64,000 bases of DNA from assembly GCA_025603075.1 (NCBI GenBank), contig MU626376.1:495-64494 (forward strand), read 5' to 3'. Below are positions 24,834 through 37,361 of the stretch, piece after piece. Made by a program: the position numbers and the translations under genes. The DNA is from Neoconidiobolus thromboides FSU 785 (taxonomy: Eukaryota; Fungi; Entomophthoromycota). The notes below the pieces were generated by a model that did not search any database, was not told where the DNA came from, and saw nothing but the letters and a program-made list of their open reading frames with translations. The stretch's first letter is position 1. The number at the start of each line of letters is the position of its first letter.

Positions 24834-24936
24834 ATGAGAGTGTTTTTTTTGGCTTCATTACTTTTTCTATCTTTTAAGCACTATTTGTGTGGAAAGATTG
24901 TTAGTAAAATTGTTAAACACAAAAACACATCTTCAT
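24834..24936 (-). mobile_element. MITE family A copy
   Basis: ATGAGAGTGTTTTTTTTGGCTTCATTAC...AAAAACACATCTTCAT. Confidence 0.85.
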
Positions 24937-25290
24937 ATAGTCATGAAAGATTGAAGATATCGTGTTAAAAAGTGTAATAAAGTAAATGTAATTTAAAGAG
25001 CAGTTTATAATTAGTTATAATTATAATTAAAAATCAATTAAAAATTGTAAAAACTAATGACTAAAACTTTAATCTAATTATATAATATATCTACAATTGG
25101 TTTTAAAATATTAATATCAAAATAAATCCAATATTGAGTATATACTTTATAAATAGATTTTAATTAACAAAGTCATTTAAAATGTTGTAATAAATAACTA
25201 AGGTATATTACACATAAGAAAGTATAGTTTTCCCTCTTTTTTTATAATTGCCTCAGAGTCCCCTTGTGACTATAAAGGATTTAGCAATAT

Positions 25291-25391
25291 ATAGGGATGT
25301 ATTTTTGTATTTGAAAATTTTACCAACAATCTTTCCACTCAAATAGTGTTTAAAAGATAGAAGAAGTAATAAACCCAAAAAACACCCCCAT
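25291..25391 (+). mobile_element. MITE family A copy
   Basis: ATAGGGATGTATTTTTG...AAAAAACACCCCCAT. Confidence 0.88.
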
Positions 25392-25731
25392 ATATTACAT
25401 AAATAAAATAGTCAACTGATAATATTGTAACTCCACTTAATATTGTTTAAACTTTACTTTAAATTGGAATGTTTTAATATAAATTTAAATTGTGAGCAAT
25501 GAAGTGGAGCTTTTTTAAATCCATGATTGGTGGTCATCCATTTGAAATTTACTGTTTCCATCAATTGTACACTTAATCCTCTAGCATGCTAGCCATTTTT
25601 TAAATTTTTATCCCTCTAACATTTAGTTTTTCTATTTCTAATTAAAATTACTTGGGTCCTCATCGCCTTTAAATTTTATTTAAAAGGTGGAATTAATTTA
25701 AGCTAAATTTCCATTTGTTTTTATAAAATAT

Positions 25732-25834
25732 ATGGCGGTGTATTTTTTTTGTTAAGAATTTTACTAACAATTTTTCCACACAAATAGTGTTTAAAAGATA
25801 GAAAAAGTTATGAAGCCAAAAAAACATCCCCCAT
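25732..25834 (+). mobile_element. MITE family A copy
   Basis: ATGGCGGTGTATTTTT...AAAAAACATCCCCCAT. Confidence 0.88.
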
Positions 25835-26253
25835 ATTATAAAATAAAATTAAGCTCAAGCTAGTTAATAGTTAATAAAAATTAATAAGTAATTTCAGAAC
25901 TAAATTTTCATTTTTTTATATGAAAAATATTGGTAAAAGTATATAATTGTAACAATAAAAAAAGAGTAATGTTTTTAGATAAAATAATTGTTAATTGAAA
26001 AAGTTTCTGTATTAAAAATTTAAATCTAAAAATTATTACTGTGATCAATAGCTTTATCTCTTTTAAGCATCATTATTTATTTACAAGCAAAAAATAAACT
26101 TAACTCACTTATTTAGAACTATAACCTCACTTTAACCTTTGTAAGATAACTTTACTCCACCCAAACGCCCCTTATTTACTAAATTTCCTTTTAATATAAT
26201 AGAGTGTCTCAACTTCTATTGTAAATCTTATTCATCCTCTCTTTCACTCAATT

Positions 26254-29200
26254 CTACTTTGAAATCGTTGAATAAGGAGTTAAGTTATTGTTAATATTTA
26301 TCCATTTACTACTTTTAAATTTTCCCGTTTTAAAATAATTATTATAAGCTTCATAGTTTCGATCAAATACAATTTCTTTATTGAAATTAATAAATGAATC
26401 ATATAAACCTTGATCTTGATGTGGGATTACAATGTTATCATTGTTTTTACTGATATTGGAATAATAAGAGTATTCAAAATCATCATTAATAATATTGTTT
26501 ATGTTACTAATGTCGTTGTTATTTGTGTTACTATTATCATTATTATTTATATTATTATTATTCATTTTTCCTATATTTAAATATTGTTTATAAATATCTA
26601 ATTGTTTATCATCTAATTCATTATTTAAATTTTCAACAATCATTTTAATTTCAGATTCTGGTAAACTTAATAATTCCTGTCTTTGATTACTCAGTATTTT
26701 TTCCTCTTTATTTAATATTATATTAGATCTTCTACCTTTCCCATCTTTAACAGTTTTGTTACTATTAGATAAAGAAAACCATTTACCAAATCGAACTATA
26801 TTGTTTTCTTTATTTAAATGTTCATTACTATTATTATTACTACTATCAATTATATTATCTTCATTATTGAAGTTCTCTAAAGTATTGAGCTTGTTTTTGT
26901 AAACAATAAATGGGGAATAACACATGTCTCTTATTTCACTCCCATTATTATTATTAGTTTCATGACTATTTCTAATAATATCCGTTCCATTCAAATTAAA
27001 ACATAATAATTTATTAAATGAACTAAATTGATAGGGTTTATAATATTCTAACCAGTATATAGGATAATTATTCATTTTCATTGTTAATATTTTATCTTTT
27101 TTTAAAAATGTAGCTATTTGTAGTGTTATTCTATATTCGATTTCTTGATTATTTAACCAGTTAATGTAACTAAATTAAATCAAATTATCATTATTATATT
27201 ATTATTACTAAAGTACTTACTTTCTGTATTTAAATTTCATAGAAGGCGGGTTATGTAAATAATAATCTGTAGGAAGTTCCCATAACTTTGGTCCTTTCTT
27301 ACCATTCACTTTAAATTTACCTAAAAATAAATTCATACCATCTTGTTTATCTGCATCCACAAATGAATTTGTATAGAATCTTCTAATAGCTTCGACAATA
27401 TCTCTTGAATGAGATGACCAATTACGATTATTATTTCTATAAGTTGCCATAGTATTAACTAAATTAGATCCTCCATATTGTAATGCCAAAGTATCCCCGT
27501 GATCATGATACATTTCTGTTAACATATCAACTGCATCACAGTCAAATGGTAAATAAGTATCCATTATAATTCCTAATGCATGTAATTGGTGAGATAAAGC
27601 ACATTTGCCTAAATAAATGGATTATTATCATTATTATTATTAGCCTATATCAATATACCAATTAAAAACTGAGCTGCATTAGTACGATCAATACAATCAA
27701 TACAATTGGTACGTACGATACCATTCTGTAATAAAAATTTATATTGTTGTTGATTATTATTACTTCTAATGTTAAAATAAAATGATTTCATTAGAATATA
27801 TTATTATATAAATAATAATAATAACAAAAACGTACTCCTTCTCTTTCTCTTTCTCTTTCTCTTTATTATTACTCCAAGCGTATAATTCCGCCCCTGAATG
27901 AAAAAAGTTGGTTTGTTGTAAAGCATCTTCAGCAAAATTCTCTAAGTATTCAATAACATCTTCATCTGGGCTAAATAAACAAATAATTCAATTTGAACAA
28001 TCAATCTTCCATTTAATTTTCATAAAGAAAAGTATTATTACCTTTTAGATGCTCTCGACATATCCCATTCCACATAATATAATTGATTTTTGTTTTTTTC
28101 TTCAACACAAGATTTCAAATATTTAATAGCTTGATTAAACTCTTTTAGTAATTTACTTTCCCTTGGTGTTTTTTCTTTTCTTTTAATTAAATTTAACACA
28201 ATAACCTTGTTCCCATATCTCAAAAACAAATCATTAAAATGACCAGCTGCCATTGTTGCAAAAGGATCTCTCTTTAATATATGTATGCTTGGTTTAGGTG
28301 CCATATTTGAGTTGTCTTGACCCCAACACAAAGGAATGGAACCACGGTGTTGTAAATAAGAGGTATAGTTTGGATTGAGTTGATTATTTACAATGAGACT
28401 AGTGATAGTACTATCATTTACAATTTGTTCTGTTTCTACTTCATTGGCTACTTGACCTTCTTCATTACTACCACGCTTTAAAAAACGCGCTCCAGCAAAA
28501 TAACGTGATCGTCGAGCTATGAGAGTTATATAAATACTACGACCTAAAATAGAAATCCCTATAATTAAAGTTAAGGGGTTGGATAAAATGAACAAAATAA
28601 CATATGATAAATAGATTACTAGCTTGATCCAGAAAACCATGAATTAGAGGTAATATCCAAGGAGAAGAATTTAATAAACATTTTTTACCAAAACCATTTT
28701 TTAATAGGTGATGGTTCCAAACAAACCGAGTATTTATATTAAAATCATTATTAATTAAATCATTAATGTTATTTTGTAAACTTTGAGTTAAATTATAATT
28801 ATAACTAAAATAAAAATTTTTTGAGAGATCAACATTAGAGAAAATATTAATGTATCTAAAGAAAGATTATGATTTAATCAAAAGTGAATTATTATTACTG
28901 CTTGTTACCTTTCTTCTTCGGATTTATTTTCAATTTTATTAAATGGCTCTGAAATATCTAACATTGTTGTATCTTCAATATGATAAATATAACTACCACC
29001 AATACAAGCAATGGCTTTTCTTTTTGTTATCAAGCATATGTAATAGCCTTGTGTAAATTTAACAAACCCTTGAATTAAAAGTCAATTATAGTTTTTAATT
29101 ATAAAAATTTAAACTTTTATAAAATAAATAAACTTACCAACCAACCCAAAACAATTAAGAACTCTGGTCAAACCACCAATATGTTGATTACCCAAATGAA

Positions 29201-29441
29201 TTCTTAACAATAAATCACTACATTCTTTAGATGTATAATCTACGTTATCAAAACTTAAATTTAGTTCTTTAGGAGTAGTTCGGTCGATTTTTAATATTCG
29301 ATAATTTTCATAATAATTGGAGCCAACGATATACAGTCGAGTTTTCGTTTCATAAATCGTAATTTTGTTAAAGGTTTCCATTCTTTTAAATCTTCGTGGT
29401 TTAGTTATTGGAGAAGATTTTTCACTATGTGTGGATGGCAT
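26254..29441 (-). CDS. FIG4: SAC-domain polyphosphoinositide 5-phosphatase FIG4 (multi-exon)
   Basis: Exons give [56 protein letters not shown], the catalytic [18 protein letters not shown] (~27670-27728), [18 protein letters not shown] and [13 protein letters not shown]. Short GT-AG introns lie between them. Confidence 0.93.
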
Positions 29442-29654
29442 CTTTTGTTGGTGATGTTTATTGAATATTGTTGTTTGATATTATTTTGAGTTGAAATAAA
29501 TATAAAAAATCTTAAGATTGAATTTTATGACGTGATAAAGATTCTTAGTCCAATAAAATTGAAGATAAAATATAACGATCCACATTCAATTGAGATATAA
29601 ATTATTTGATTGATTTTATTTTTCAAAGCCATCTTTTTATTAAAACAAAGAAAA

Positions 29655-30650
29655 ATGGCAACCCAAACAACTAAAGACCATGGCCAACCAATCCATGAAC
29701 GTATGATTTCCTTCCTCACTGATTTACAAGATCGGATTGTGGACGAACTTAAACTTCTCGAACCCACTCTCACTCCCAAAGTAGACGAATGGACCCGAGG
29801 GGACCATCGAGGACGCATCATCGTTTTCCAAGATGGTAGCGCCTTTGAAAAAGCAGGTGTGACCATGTCGATTGTCAAAGATAAACTCAGGGAAGCCAGA
29901 AGACAACAATTGAATGCCCGTGGGTGGAAAATCCCAGAAGGAGAGCATCCCTATTTAGCTACTGGATTATCTTTAGTATTTCATCCAGTGAATCCATTTG
30001 CCCCAACAGTTCATTTAAATTATCGTTATTTTGAAGTAACTGATAAAGATAGTGAAGAGCCATTAGTTTGGTGGTTCGGTGGAGGTAGTGATTTAACACC
30101 GAGTTATTATTTTGAAGAAGATGCAATTCATTTTCATAAGGAGATTAAAAATGCATTAGACAAACATGGGGAACAACATTATCCTAAATTTAAAAAATGG
30201 TGTGATGAGTATTTTTATTTACCTCATAGAGAAGAACATCGTGGTATTGGCGGTATTTTTTTTGATGATTTGACAGGTGAAGAGCTGAATAAAGATGGTC
30301 TTAAAGGTGGAAAAGAGGCCGTTTTTAGTTTAGTTAAAGATAGTGCTAATGCTTTTATACCCGCTTATTTCCCAATAGTTAAAAGAAGAAAGGAGATGGA
30401 ATATAATGAGAATAATAAAGTATGGCAACAATTGAGACGTGGTAGATATGTGGAATTTAATTTAGTTTATGATAGGGGTACTCATTTTGGTTTAAAAGTG
30501 CCAGGTATTAGAGCGGAAAACATATTGGTTTCTTTGCCTTTAACAGCTAGATGGGAATTTGATCATCAACCTGAAGAAGATTCAGAAGAAGAAAAAAGTT
30601 TATTGGCATTGAAAAAAGCTCATGATTGGTTAAAATTGGAAAATGAATAA
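29655..30650 (+). CDS. HEM13: Oxygen-dependent coproporphyrinogen III oxidase
   Basis: FEKAGV, HPVNPFAPTVHLNYRYF, WWFGGGSDLTP, FKKWCDEYF, RGIGGIFFDD and RRGRYVEFNLVYDRGT motifs; first ATG at 29655; intronless. Confidence 0.97.
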   Translation: MATQTTKDHGQPIHERMISFLTDLQDRIVDELKLLEPTLTPKVDEWTRGDHRGRIIVFQDGSAFEKAGVTMSIVKDKLREARRQQLNARGWKIPEGEHPYLATGLSLVFHPVNPFAPTVHLNYRYFEVTDKDSEEPLVWWFGGGSDLTPSYYFEEDAIHFHKEIKNALDKHGEQHYPKFKKWCDEYFYLPHREEHRGIGGIFFDDLTGEELNKDGLKGGKEAVFSLVKDSANAFIPAYFPIVKRRKEMEYNENNKVWQQLRRGRYVEFNLVYDRGTHFGLKVPGIRAENILVSLPLTARWEFDHQPEEDSEEEKSLLALKKAHDWLKLENE

Positions 30651-30772
30651 GATAAATAATAATATTAAAATATATTAAAAAATAAATAAATTGTAGTGAT
30701 AAATATTCTAAATTTTCATTAGTGTATATGTTATATTTTATTCTATCTTTATTTATTTTTATTACTATATGA

Positions 30773-31251
30773 TTAACCTCCATGTAAAGTAGAAATAAAT
30801 ACAATATCATCTTTATCTTGAATTTCATAATCCGTTTCACCTTCTAATTCCCAATCACAATCGTTGATAAGGACTAAGATACCAGGACGACTAGAAAAAT
30901 TGTTATATCAATAAAAAATACAAATAAATGATTAGATTAAAAAAGAATGTATATAAATAAATTATGATAATAATAGCTTACACAGTATCATCCATAACAA
31001 ATAATTCTTCTCTTTCTTTCAATAAATTATCTTTAACAAAATGAATCAAATCTTTCATTGTAAAAGCAGAACCTTGGGAATTTTTTGATGGAGTAGTGAT
31101 GCTGACTTTGGTTTGATTATCAAACAGTAATTCCATACCACCACTGAGTTATTAAAGATGAATAAAATAAGAGGGATTAGTTATGATAAGAATTGGTATA
31201 ATAATATTAAAAGTACCTAAAATTCACAGTTATCTTTAATTCAGCTTCCAT
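30773..31251 (-). CDS. URM1: Ubiquitin-related modifier 1 (3 exons, 104 aa)
   Basis: Exons 31251-31217, 31143-30982 and 30890-30773 splice (GT-AG) to [19 protein letters not shown]...LLKEREELF...[19 protein letters not shown]...FISTLHGG*. Not in the ORF track. Confidence 0.95.
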
Positions 31252-31427
31252 TTTTTATATCTTTATAAAATCCAAAATAATAAAAAGTAAAATACTTCAA
31301 TGAGTTATCTAACCCTATTAATTTTTGAAAAAAACTGAAATTCCAATCAAAAAATCCTGGAATTATGCAAATAAAAGCGCTTTTATTAAGCTCATCATAA
31401 CTCTAGCTCACTAATCTCTTCTTTTGA

Positions 31428-32860
31428 ATGATCTTGGAAATCATCCTTAGCATCCTATTAACGCCAATAATAATCTTGTATAAAATATATCAAGCCTTTG
31501 GAGATCAAATGAAAAATAATCAATCCATATCAGCGAATCCTAGCCAACAAGAGTTACGTAAAAAAATACAAGCTATTTATAATGATCAATCAATAAAGAA
31601 TGAAGAAAAAGCAAAGTTAGTTCAAGTAAGATATCTATTTGTTTTAGATTTGTAAATGTAAAATGAAATTTGATTTTGATATAATTAAACTAGAAATTGA
31701 TGAGTGGTAATAAAGCTATCAAAAGACAAACTTCAGAAGGAGAATGGGAAGATATACTGGACGAAGATGATGTAAGTTTATTAATAGCAATAAATTTTCT
31801 TCAATAAACTTTGAATTCTTACTATAGTCCGACTATTCCAATCCATTGGGATGCAAACATTATAGGAGAGGAGCAAGGATGTTAGCTCCATGTTGTAATA
31901 AATTATATTCTTGTCGATTATGCCATGATGAAGTTAATAACCATGTCATGGATAGGTAAGTTTTAATATAACATATCAGCTATAAAAAAAAACTAATTTT
32001 ATTCTTTAATTTGAAAAACAATAGACACCAAGTGGTTGAGATGATGTGTAATTATTGTCATTTACAACAATCAAGTTCCCAAACTTGTACTGGATGTAAG
32101 AAATCTCTTGGTTATTATTATTGTAATAAATGTAACTTTTGGGATGATGATCAAACAAAGGATATTTATCATTGTAATGATTGTGGTATTTGTAGAATGG
32201 GAAAAGGGTTAGGTATTGATTTTCAACATTGTGATAAGTGCAATTTGTGTATGGCCAAACAATTATTTAATGGTCATAAATGTATTGAAAATAACAGCAA
32301 ATCGAATTGTCCAGTTTGTGGGGAATATTTATTTACATCAACTAAAGAAAGTATTTTTATGGTAAGTGATTTATATTAATTAAATTCCTTTATGGTTTAA
32401 GCTTAATTTCATATTTCTCTAGAACTGCCAACATATGATCCACAGTTTATGCTTCCAACAATTAATAAGAGAATCTTATCAATGTCCGATCTGTTCTAAA
32501 TCACTCGGTGATATGACGAGATATTTCGAATTAATCGACAAAGAACTCGAAAACCCAATGCCTTTAGAGTTTCGAACTAAAAGAAGTAATATAATATGCT
32601 GTGATTGTGAAAAAAAGAGTGTAACTAAGTATCATTTTATTTATCATGCTTGCCAACATTGTGGCTCTTATGCAACAAAGGTAATGAATACTTTTGTCTC
32701 AAACCATCCAAAGGCAGTGGAGTATGGGGACTTGGAAGAGGGAGTCAAGTATTGTTATAAAGGTAGAAGGGGGGAGGATTTTGAGGATGAAAGCTCAGAG
32801 GATGAACTAGAGGGGGAAACAGATGGCCAAGTGGATGATGATGTTGATTCACTGGATTAA
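31428..32860 (+). CDS. RCHY1: CHY-zinc finger/CTCHY/RING-H2 E3 ligase, Pirh2/RCHY1-like (multi-exon)
   Basis: Exons give GCKHYRRGARMLAPCCNKLYSCRLCHDE, YYCNKCNFWDDD...YHCNDCGICRMG, RING CPVC...C.HMIHSLC...CPIC and a C-terminal zinc ribbon CCDC...CQHCGSY, followed by an acidic tail. Confidence 0.9.
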
Positions 32861-34043
32861 CAATTTTTCATATATGATTTGTATAGTTATAGTCCTTTTT
32901 CAAGTTTCTTAAAATATTAATAAATTTTTTCAAGTGTTTTATAAAGATTAGTGTTATATAATTATGTAGGGAAGTTAGCTTACTTTGAAATAGGGTCAAA
33001 TAGCAAAAGATAACAATTAAGAGGATTTTTTTAATCATGTTAATGTTAATCAAACTAGCAGTAAAAGCGGTTTTATAATAATATAATAATATAGTAATTT
33101 ATTGTTAAATTAGGATATGGGAAGGTTATTATATTTTGTTATATTGTCCACTTTTTGGATTTTTTAAAATAAAGAACAGTTGTACTAAAAAAATCGGCAT
33201 CCCCTTTTTTAAAATTATTGGCATATTTCCAGAAATTTATAACAAATATTTTAACTATAATTGGCAGACTTTTCTTTATCAAAACAAACAAATTGATTTT
33301 ATCAAGATAGGGCAAAATTGAGATATAAGTATCATATTGCCTTTCAACTAAATATGAGTATGATTTAAATATTAGAAATATGTATACTATAAAACGAAAA
33401 AATAACGTGATTTAATTGAAAAACAACAAAATGATATAAAGTACGCTATATTTTTATTTTTGGCTTATCATTATGGAGTTGATGTCTTAATCAAGCTTTA
33501 CTTTATAATATTTAAGTTAATAGCGATATATTATCGTTGTTTTGAGCTTAATATAAACTCACGATATGTTAACTTTAAGAATATTCTTCTTTTTCTGATG
33601 ATAACAACTAAACCAAATAAACACAACAGTAAGAATTTTCTTATTATCAGTTACAGTAGCACATTTATAAAGCATGAATTAACGTCAATAATTTAAAAAA
33701 AATAAACAGTTCCTGTCTTTAAGGCTTTTAATGAATTTCAAAAGTTTATAATCAATTAACAAATTTTAATTTAGTGATAACCAATCACTATTGGCAATGA
33801 AGTGCATACTTCCAAAGCCATAAAAATAAAATAAAATTTCAAATAAATTAGTTTTCGAACCAAAGCAGTTTATTGGTCACTAAAAATATAAAATAAAATC
33901 TAATTTAAATTATAACTGAAAATAAATTAATAGGAATAAAAACAAGTGATTTAATCCTCATTTTTTAATATATCTAAATAATCTTTTTTTACTTTTATTC
34001 TACTTAATCTTTGCCTTAAATTTATCTACTTATTTTTACCATC

Positions 34044-35252
34044 ATGTACAATCAAAATGATAATAATGTTACTTTAAGTCCCCCACCACTCGCATATAAT
34101 CGAAGACCTTCAAATTCGAGTTCCAACTTATCAGTTAATTCACAAAGTTCAAACAAATCACCTATTACGCCAACTACTGACAAGCTAGATTCTAATGTAA
34201 GTACAGAAAGTACTGAAACTAGTAGTCCTAAAAGTACCACTAAGAAAACCAAAGGCTTTTTATCTAGTTTATGGTCTTCTTTTATACCAAAAAGAGAAGA
34301 AAAAGAAATGTATGAGGGTCCTATTTTAGAATCGAATTATGAAATTAAAAAAAGAATAATAGCTAGAGGATCCACTGGATTAATCGGTTTAGTGACTTCA
34401 TTAAAGGAAGGGAATTCCGGAAAAGTAATGATTGTTAAACGATTTTCAAAGCCTCGATGGGGAGAAACTTATAAAGACATAGAACAAAGAGTAGGCAATG
34501 AATATTGTATATCGTCAGCTCTAAATCATAAGAATATTGTCAAAGTTTATGATTTGGTAAAAGATAGTAATTCTCATTGGTGTCAAATTATGGAATATTG
34601 TTCAGGTGGTGATATGTGCCATATAATATCAAATGGTATTTTAAATAAGCCAGAAGCCAATTGTTGTTTTAAACAACTATTAAATGGGATCAAATACTTG
34701 CATGAAACTGGTATTGCACATTGTGATATTAAACCAGAAAACTTAGTCATGGATAGAAATTGTGTACTAAAAATAACAGATTTTGGTTGTGCTGTTTCTT
34801 TTTGTTCTGGTTTTAATACCCCTTGTGATGTAGTTATGGGTATCCGTGGGTCATTACCTTATATGGCCCCTGAAATGATTACTAAAACTTCAGATTCTGA
34901 TAAAGGATATGATGCTAGACTCATCGATGTTTGGTCTTGTGCTATAGCTTATTTAACGATGATTAATTTAAGAATACCATTTAGTAAAGCCGATGAACAA
35001 GACAGAAGTTATAAAGAATACATTAACACAAGGTTTGATAGTAAAAAATGTAAGATATTTGAAAAGCTTAATAAAGATGCTAGGGAAGTTATTGTAAAAA
35101 TGCTTGAACCTAGCCCTAATTTTAGAAGTGGCCTTAAGGAGATTATGGACTCAAACTGGTTCAACTACTTAGAAGTTTGTGAATATGGTCAATCTAAAAG
35201 TAGTCATCATCAACATTTTGCTTGCGATTATCGACCTGGAAATTGTCATTAA
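34044..35252 (+). CDS. Ser/Thr protein kinase, HAL/NPR1-like family (402 aa)
   Basis: NEYCISSALNHKNIV (HAL-family hallmark), IMEYCSGGD, HCDIKPEN, KITDFG, GSLPYMAPE and DVWSC; Ser-rich N-terminus. Confidence 0.9.
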   Translation: MYNQNDNNVTLSPPPLAYNRRPSNSSSNLSVNSQSSNKSPITPTTDKLDSNVSTESTETSSPKSTTKKTKGFLSSLWSSFIPKREEKEMYEGPILESNYEIKKRIIARGSTGLIGLVTSLKEGNSGKVMIVKRFSKPRWGETYKDIEQRVGNEYCISSALNHKNIVKVYDLVKDSNSHWCQIMEYCSGGDMCHIISNGILNKPEANCCFKQLLNGIKYLHETGIAHCDIKPENLVMDRNCVLKITDFGCAVSFCSGFNTPCDVVMGIRGSLPYMAPEMITKTSDSDKGYDARLIDVWSCAIAYLTMINLRIPFSKADEQDRSYKEYINTRFDSKKCKIFEKLNKDAREVIVKMLEPSPNFRSGLKEIMDSNWFNYLEVCEYGQSKSSHHQHFACDYRPGNCH

Positions 35253-35767
35253 AACCAATGTTAATTTTGTAACTTGTTCAATTTTTTTGTAATTATTTAA
35301 TAGAACTAAAATTAAATAATAATTTATTGACTCAATAATATTTACTTATCCTGTTATGTCTATATTCATCGATTTATTATCATTTGTTTTATTAATAAAT
35401 AGTGTTATTTTTAAATATTCTGGTCATTTATATTTTGTTGATATTTGCTTTTTATATCTTGTTATTCCAACTTGGCTTAGATTACATAAACTATTTAGTC
35501 AAATAGTCAAATAAAAATTGTCGACTAACAATTAAATTTGAACAAGTATTATTTAAAGTTAACAAAACAAAGCTCTTTAATTGGTACTTTTTACACTCCT
35601 TTAATCACGCTTCATTTATGACGTAATTGACATTAACTGAGTTCATAAAATAAGGAGCTAGTTTTTAAGTATTTTAGTTATATAAGAGAAACTTCGATAT
35701 TTGATGTGAGTAGTTTATGTAAAACTGATATATTAAAAATAAATAACATTGATCTTATTAGTTAGCA

Positions 35768-37361
35768 ATGGGGGATAATACCGAATTTAACATATATGAT
35801 GATGTAGGTTTTGATGCAGAAGGGTTGGAGGATCTAGTAAAATTAAATACAAATATTTGATTAAGATTAACGACTAAATTAATAATAGGATAATACTTAT
35901 GATGAGCCAGCAGTTTTTAAATATGAGAAAGAGGAAAAGCCAGATATACAAGAAACTACAAAGGTGATTTGTGTTTTTTAATTTTACAAACTTTTTACAG
36001 CTAGCTTAAAATTTCTTGTTTTCATTCTTCTTTATTTTTCTTTAATTATATTATTTTATTCATCTTATTTTCCCTTCATTTATCGGCTTATTATAGCCCA
36101 CTACATCCACCTTAGACCAACCTTTGAGTACCCATGCTTCATATAATGACAAGAAAGAGATGAATGTTTCTAATGATAGAAAGCATTCTTATCCCAGTAA
36201 TACCTCACAGAACGACTATAATCGCGATCAAAACAGATCATATAATTCTAATCAATCACACTCTCAACATCATAATGGTAGTTTAATTTAACAGTTAATA
36301 AATGAATATTCATACTAAATTTGTAGAATCGCCTCAAAATCATACTTTTGTAAGAGGCTCAGTTTCAGCAGCTCTACACCTTGGAAATTTGCATTGGGTA
36401 AACTAAATATACTAACCTATTTATAGATTATTTTTATAATTAAATTTTTTATATTAACTATTTTGAATTAGTGGATTACTGAAGATGATATACGCAAAAT
36501 AGTTAGCGCCATTGTGGATGAGAGATCTTTAGTCAATTTAACATTTCAAGAGTTAAGAGTTAATGGAAAATCTAGAGGCTTGGCTTATTTACAATTTAAG
36601 GATCCAGAGACTTGTAAAATTGTTAAAGAAAAATTAGAAAACTAGTAAGTTGAAAGTTCAATTTTATATCAAAGGTTGAAACATGTTTATTTAGTCCTAT
36701 CGATGGTCGTAATTGTACAACTAATTATACAGCTGTAACTACTCATCCTTTTAAAGCATCAAATAATAGTATGTTTTAGTATATCATTTATTCTTTTTTA
36801 TTAATCATTTAATTAGCTAATGGACGTCAAAAGGATAACAATGGACAAAACCAAAACAATATACGTAATCGTACGAATGTTAGCAATAATAACAACCAAA
36901 ACCAATCCAACTCAGGATATCAGCAGCGTAATCGAGTTCATAATAATAATAACCTAAACCAAGGTAGCAGTTATGGGCAATTAAACGGTATTTCACAAAA
37001 TGCAGGAGGTTCTTATATAGGAAATTCAACTTCTAACAACTGGAATCAACAAGGAACTAGTGGTACAAGAGATGTTTCAAACAATAGTTATGGGGATGTA
37101 AACTTGGGAAACAATAATCATCGTTATAATTCAAGTGTTCAAAGTAATCATAGTTATAACGGATCAAATGATAGATATAACTCACATAACAATTTAAATC
37201 CTAACCGCAATCAAGGTTATAACCATGGTCAACATAGAGATGAATATAATAATAAGTAAGTTACTAACTATAACCTGTTTTTTGTATTGAGTTTAATATT
37301 GTATTTAAGGCGAAGCTTAGCCAATGATAATTCCCGTAGTTCACGTCGTCGATATGATTAA
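35768..37361 (+). CDS. RRM protein similar to CPSF6/CFIm68 (intron-rich, about 8 exons)
   Basis: Splicing gives ALHLGNLHW|WITEDDIRKIV...LTFQELRVNGKSRGLAYLQF, matching the CFIm68 RRM pattern (YIGNLTWWTTDED...FFENRANGQSKG), then an N/Q/G/Y-rich tail ending SSRRRYD*. ATG at 35768, TAA at 37359-37361. Not in the ORF track. Confidence 0.8.

Noticed and set aside
27838-27864. (CTTTCT)n microsatellite
   Set aside because: It lies in a FIG4 exon and simply encodes a short (KE)n run.
12790-34252. Antisense or overlapping track ORFs (12790-13020, 13625-13825, 15880-16110, 18054-18290, 20355-20711, 22804-23055, 29525-29878, 29724-29948, 30547-30840, 34052-34252; also 50457-50723)
   Set aside because: They are shadows of real genes on the opposite strand or frame, with no motifs.
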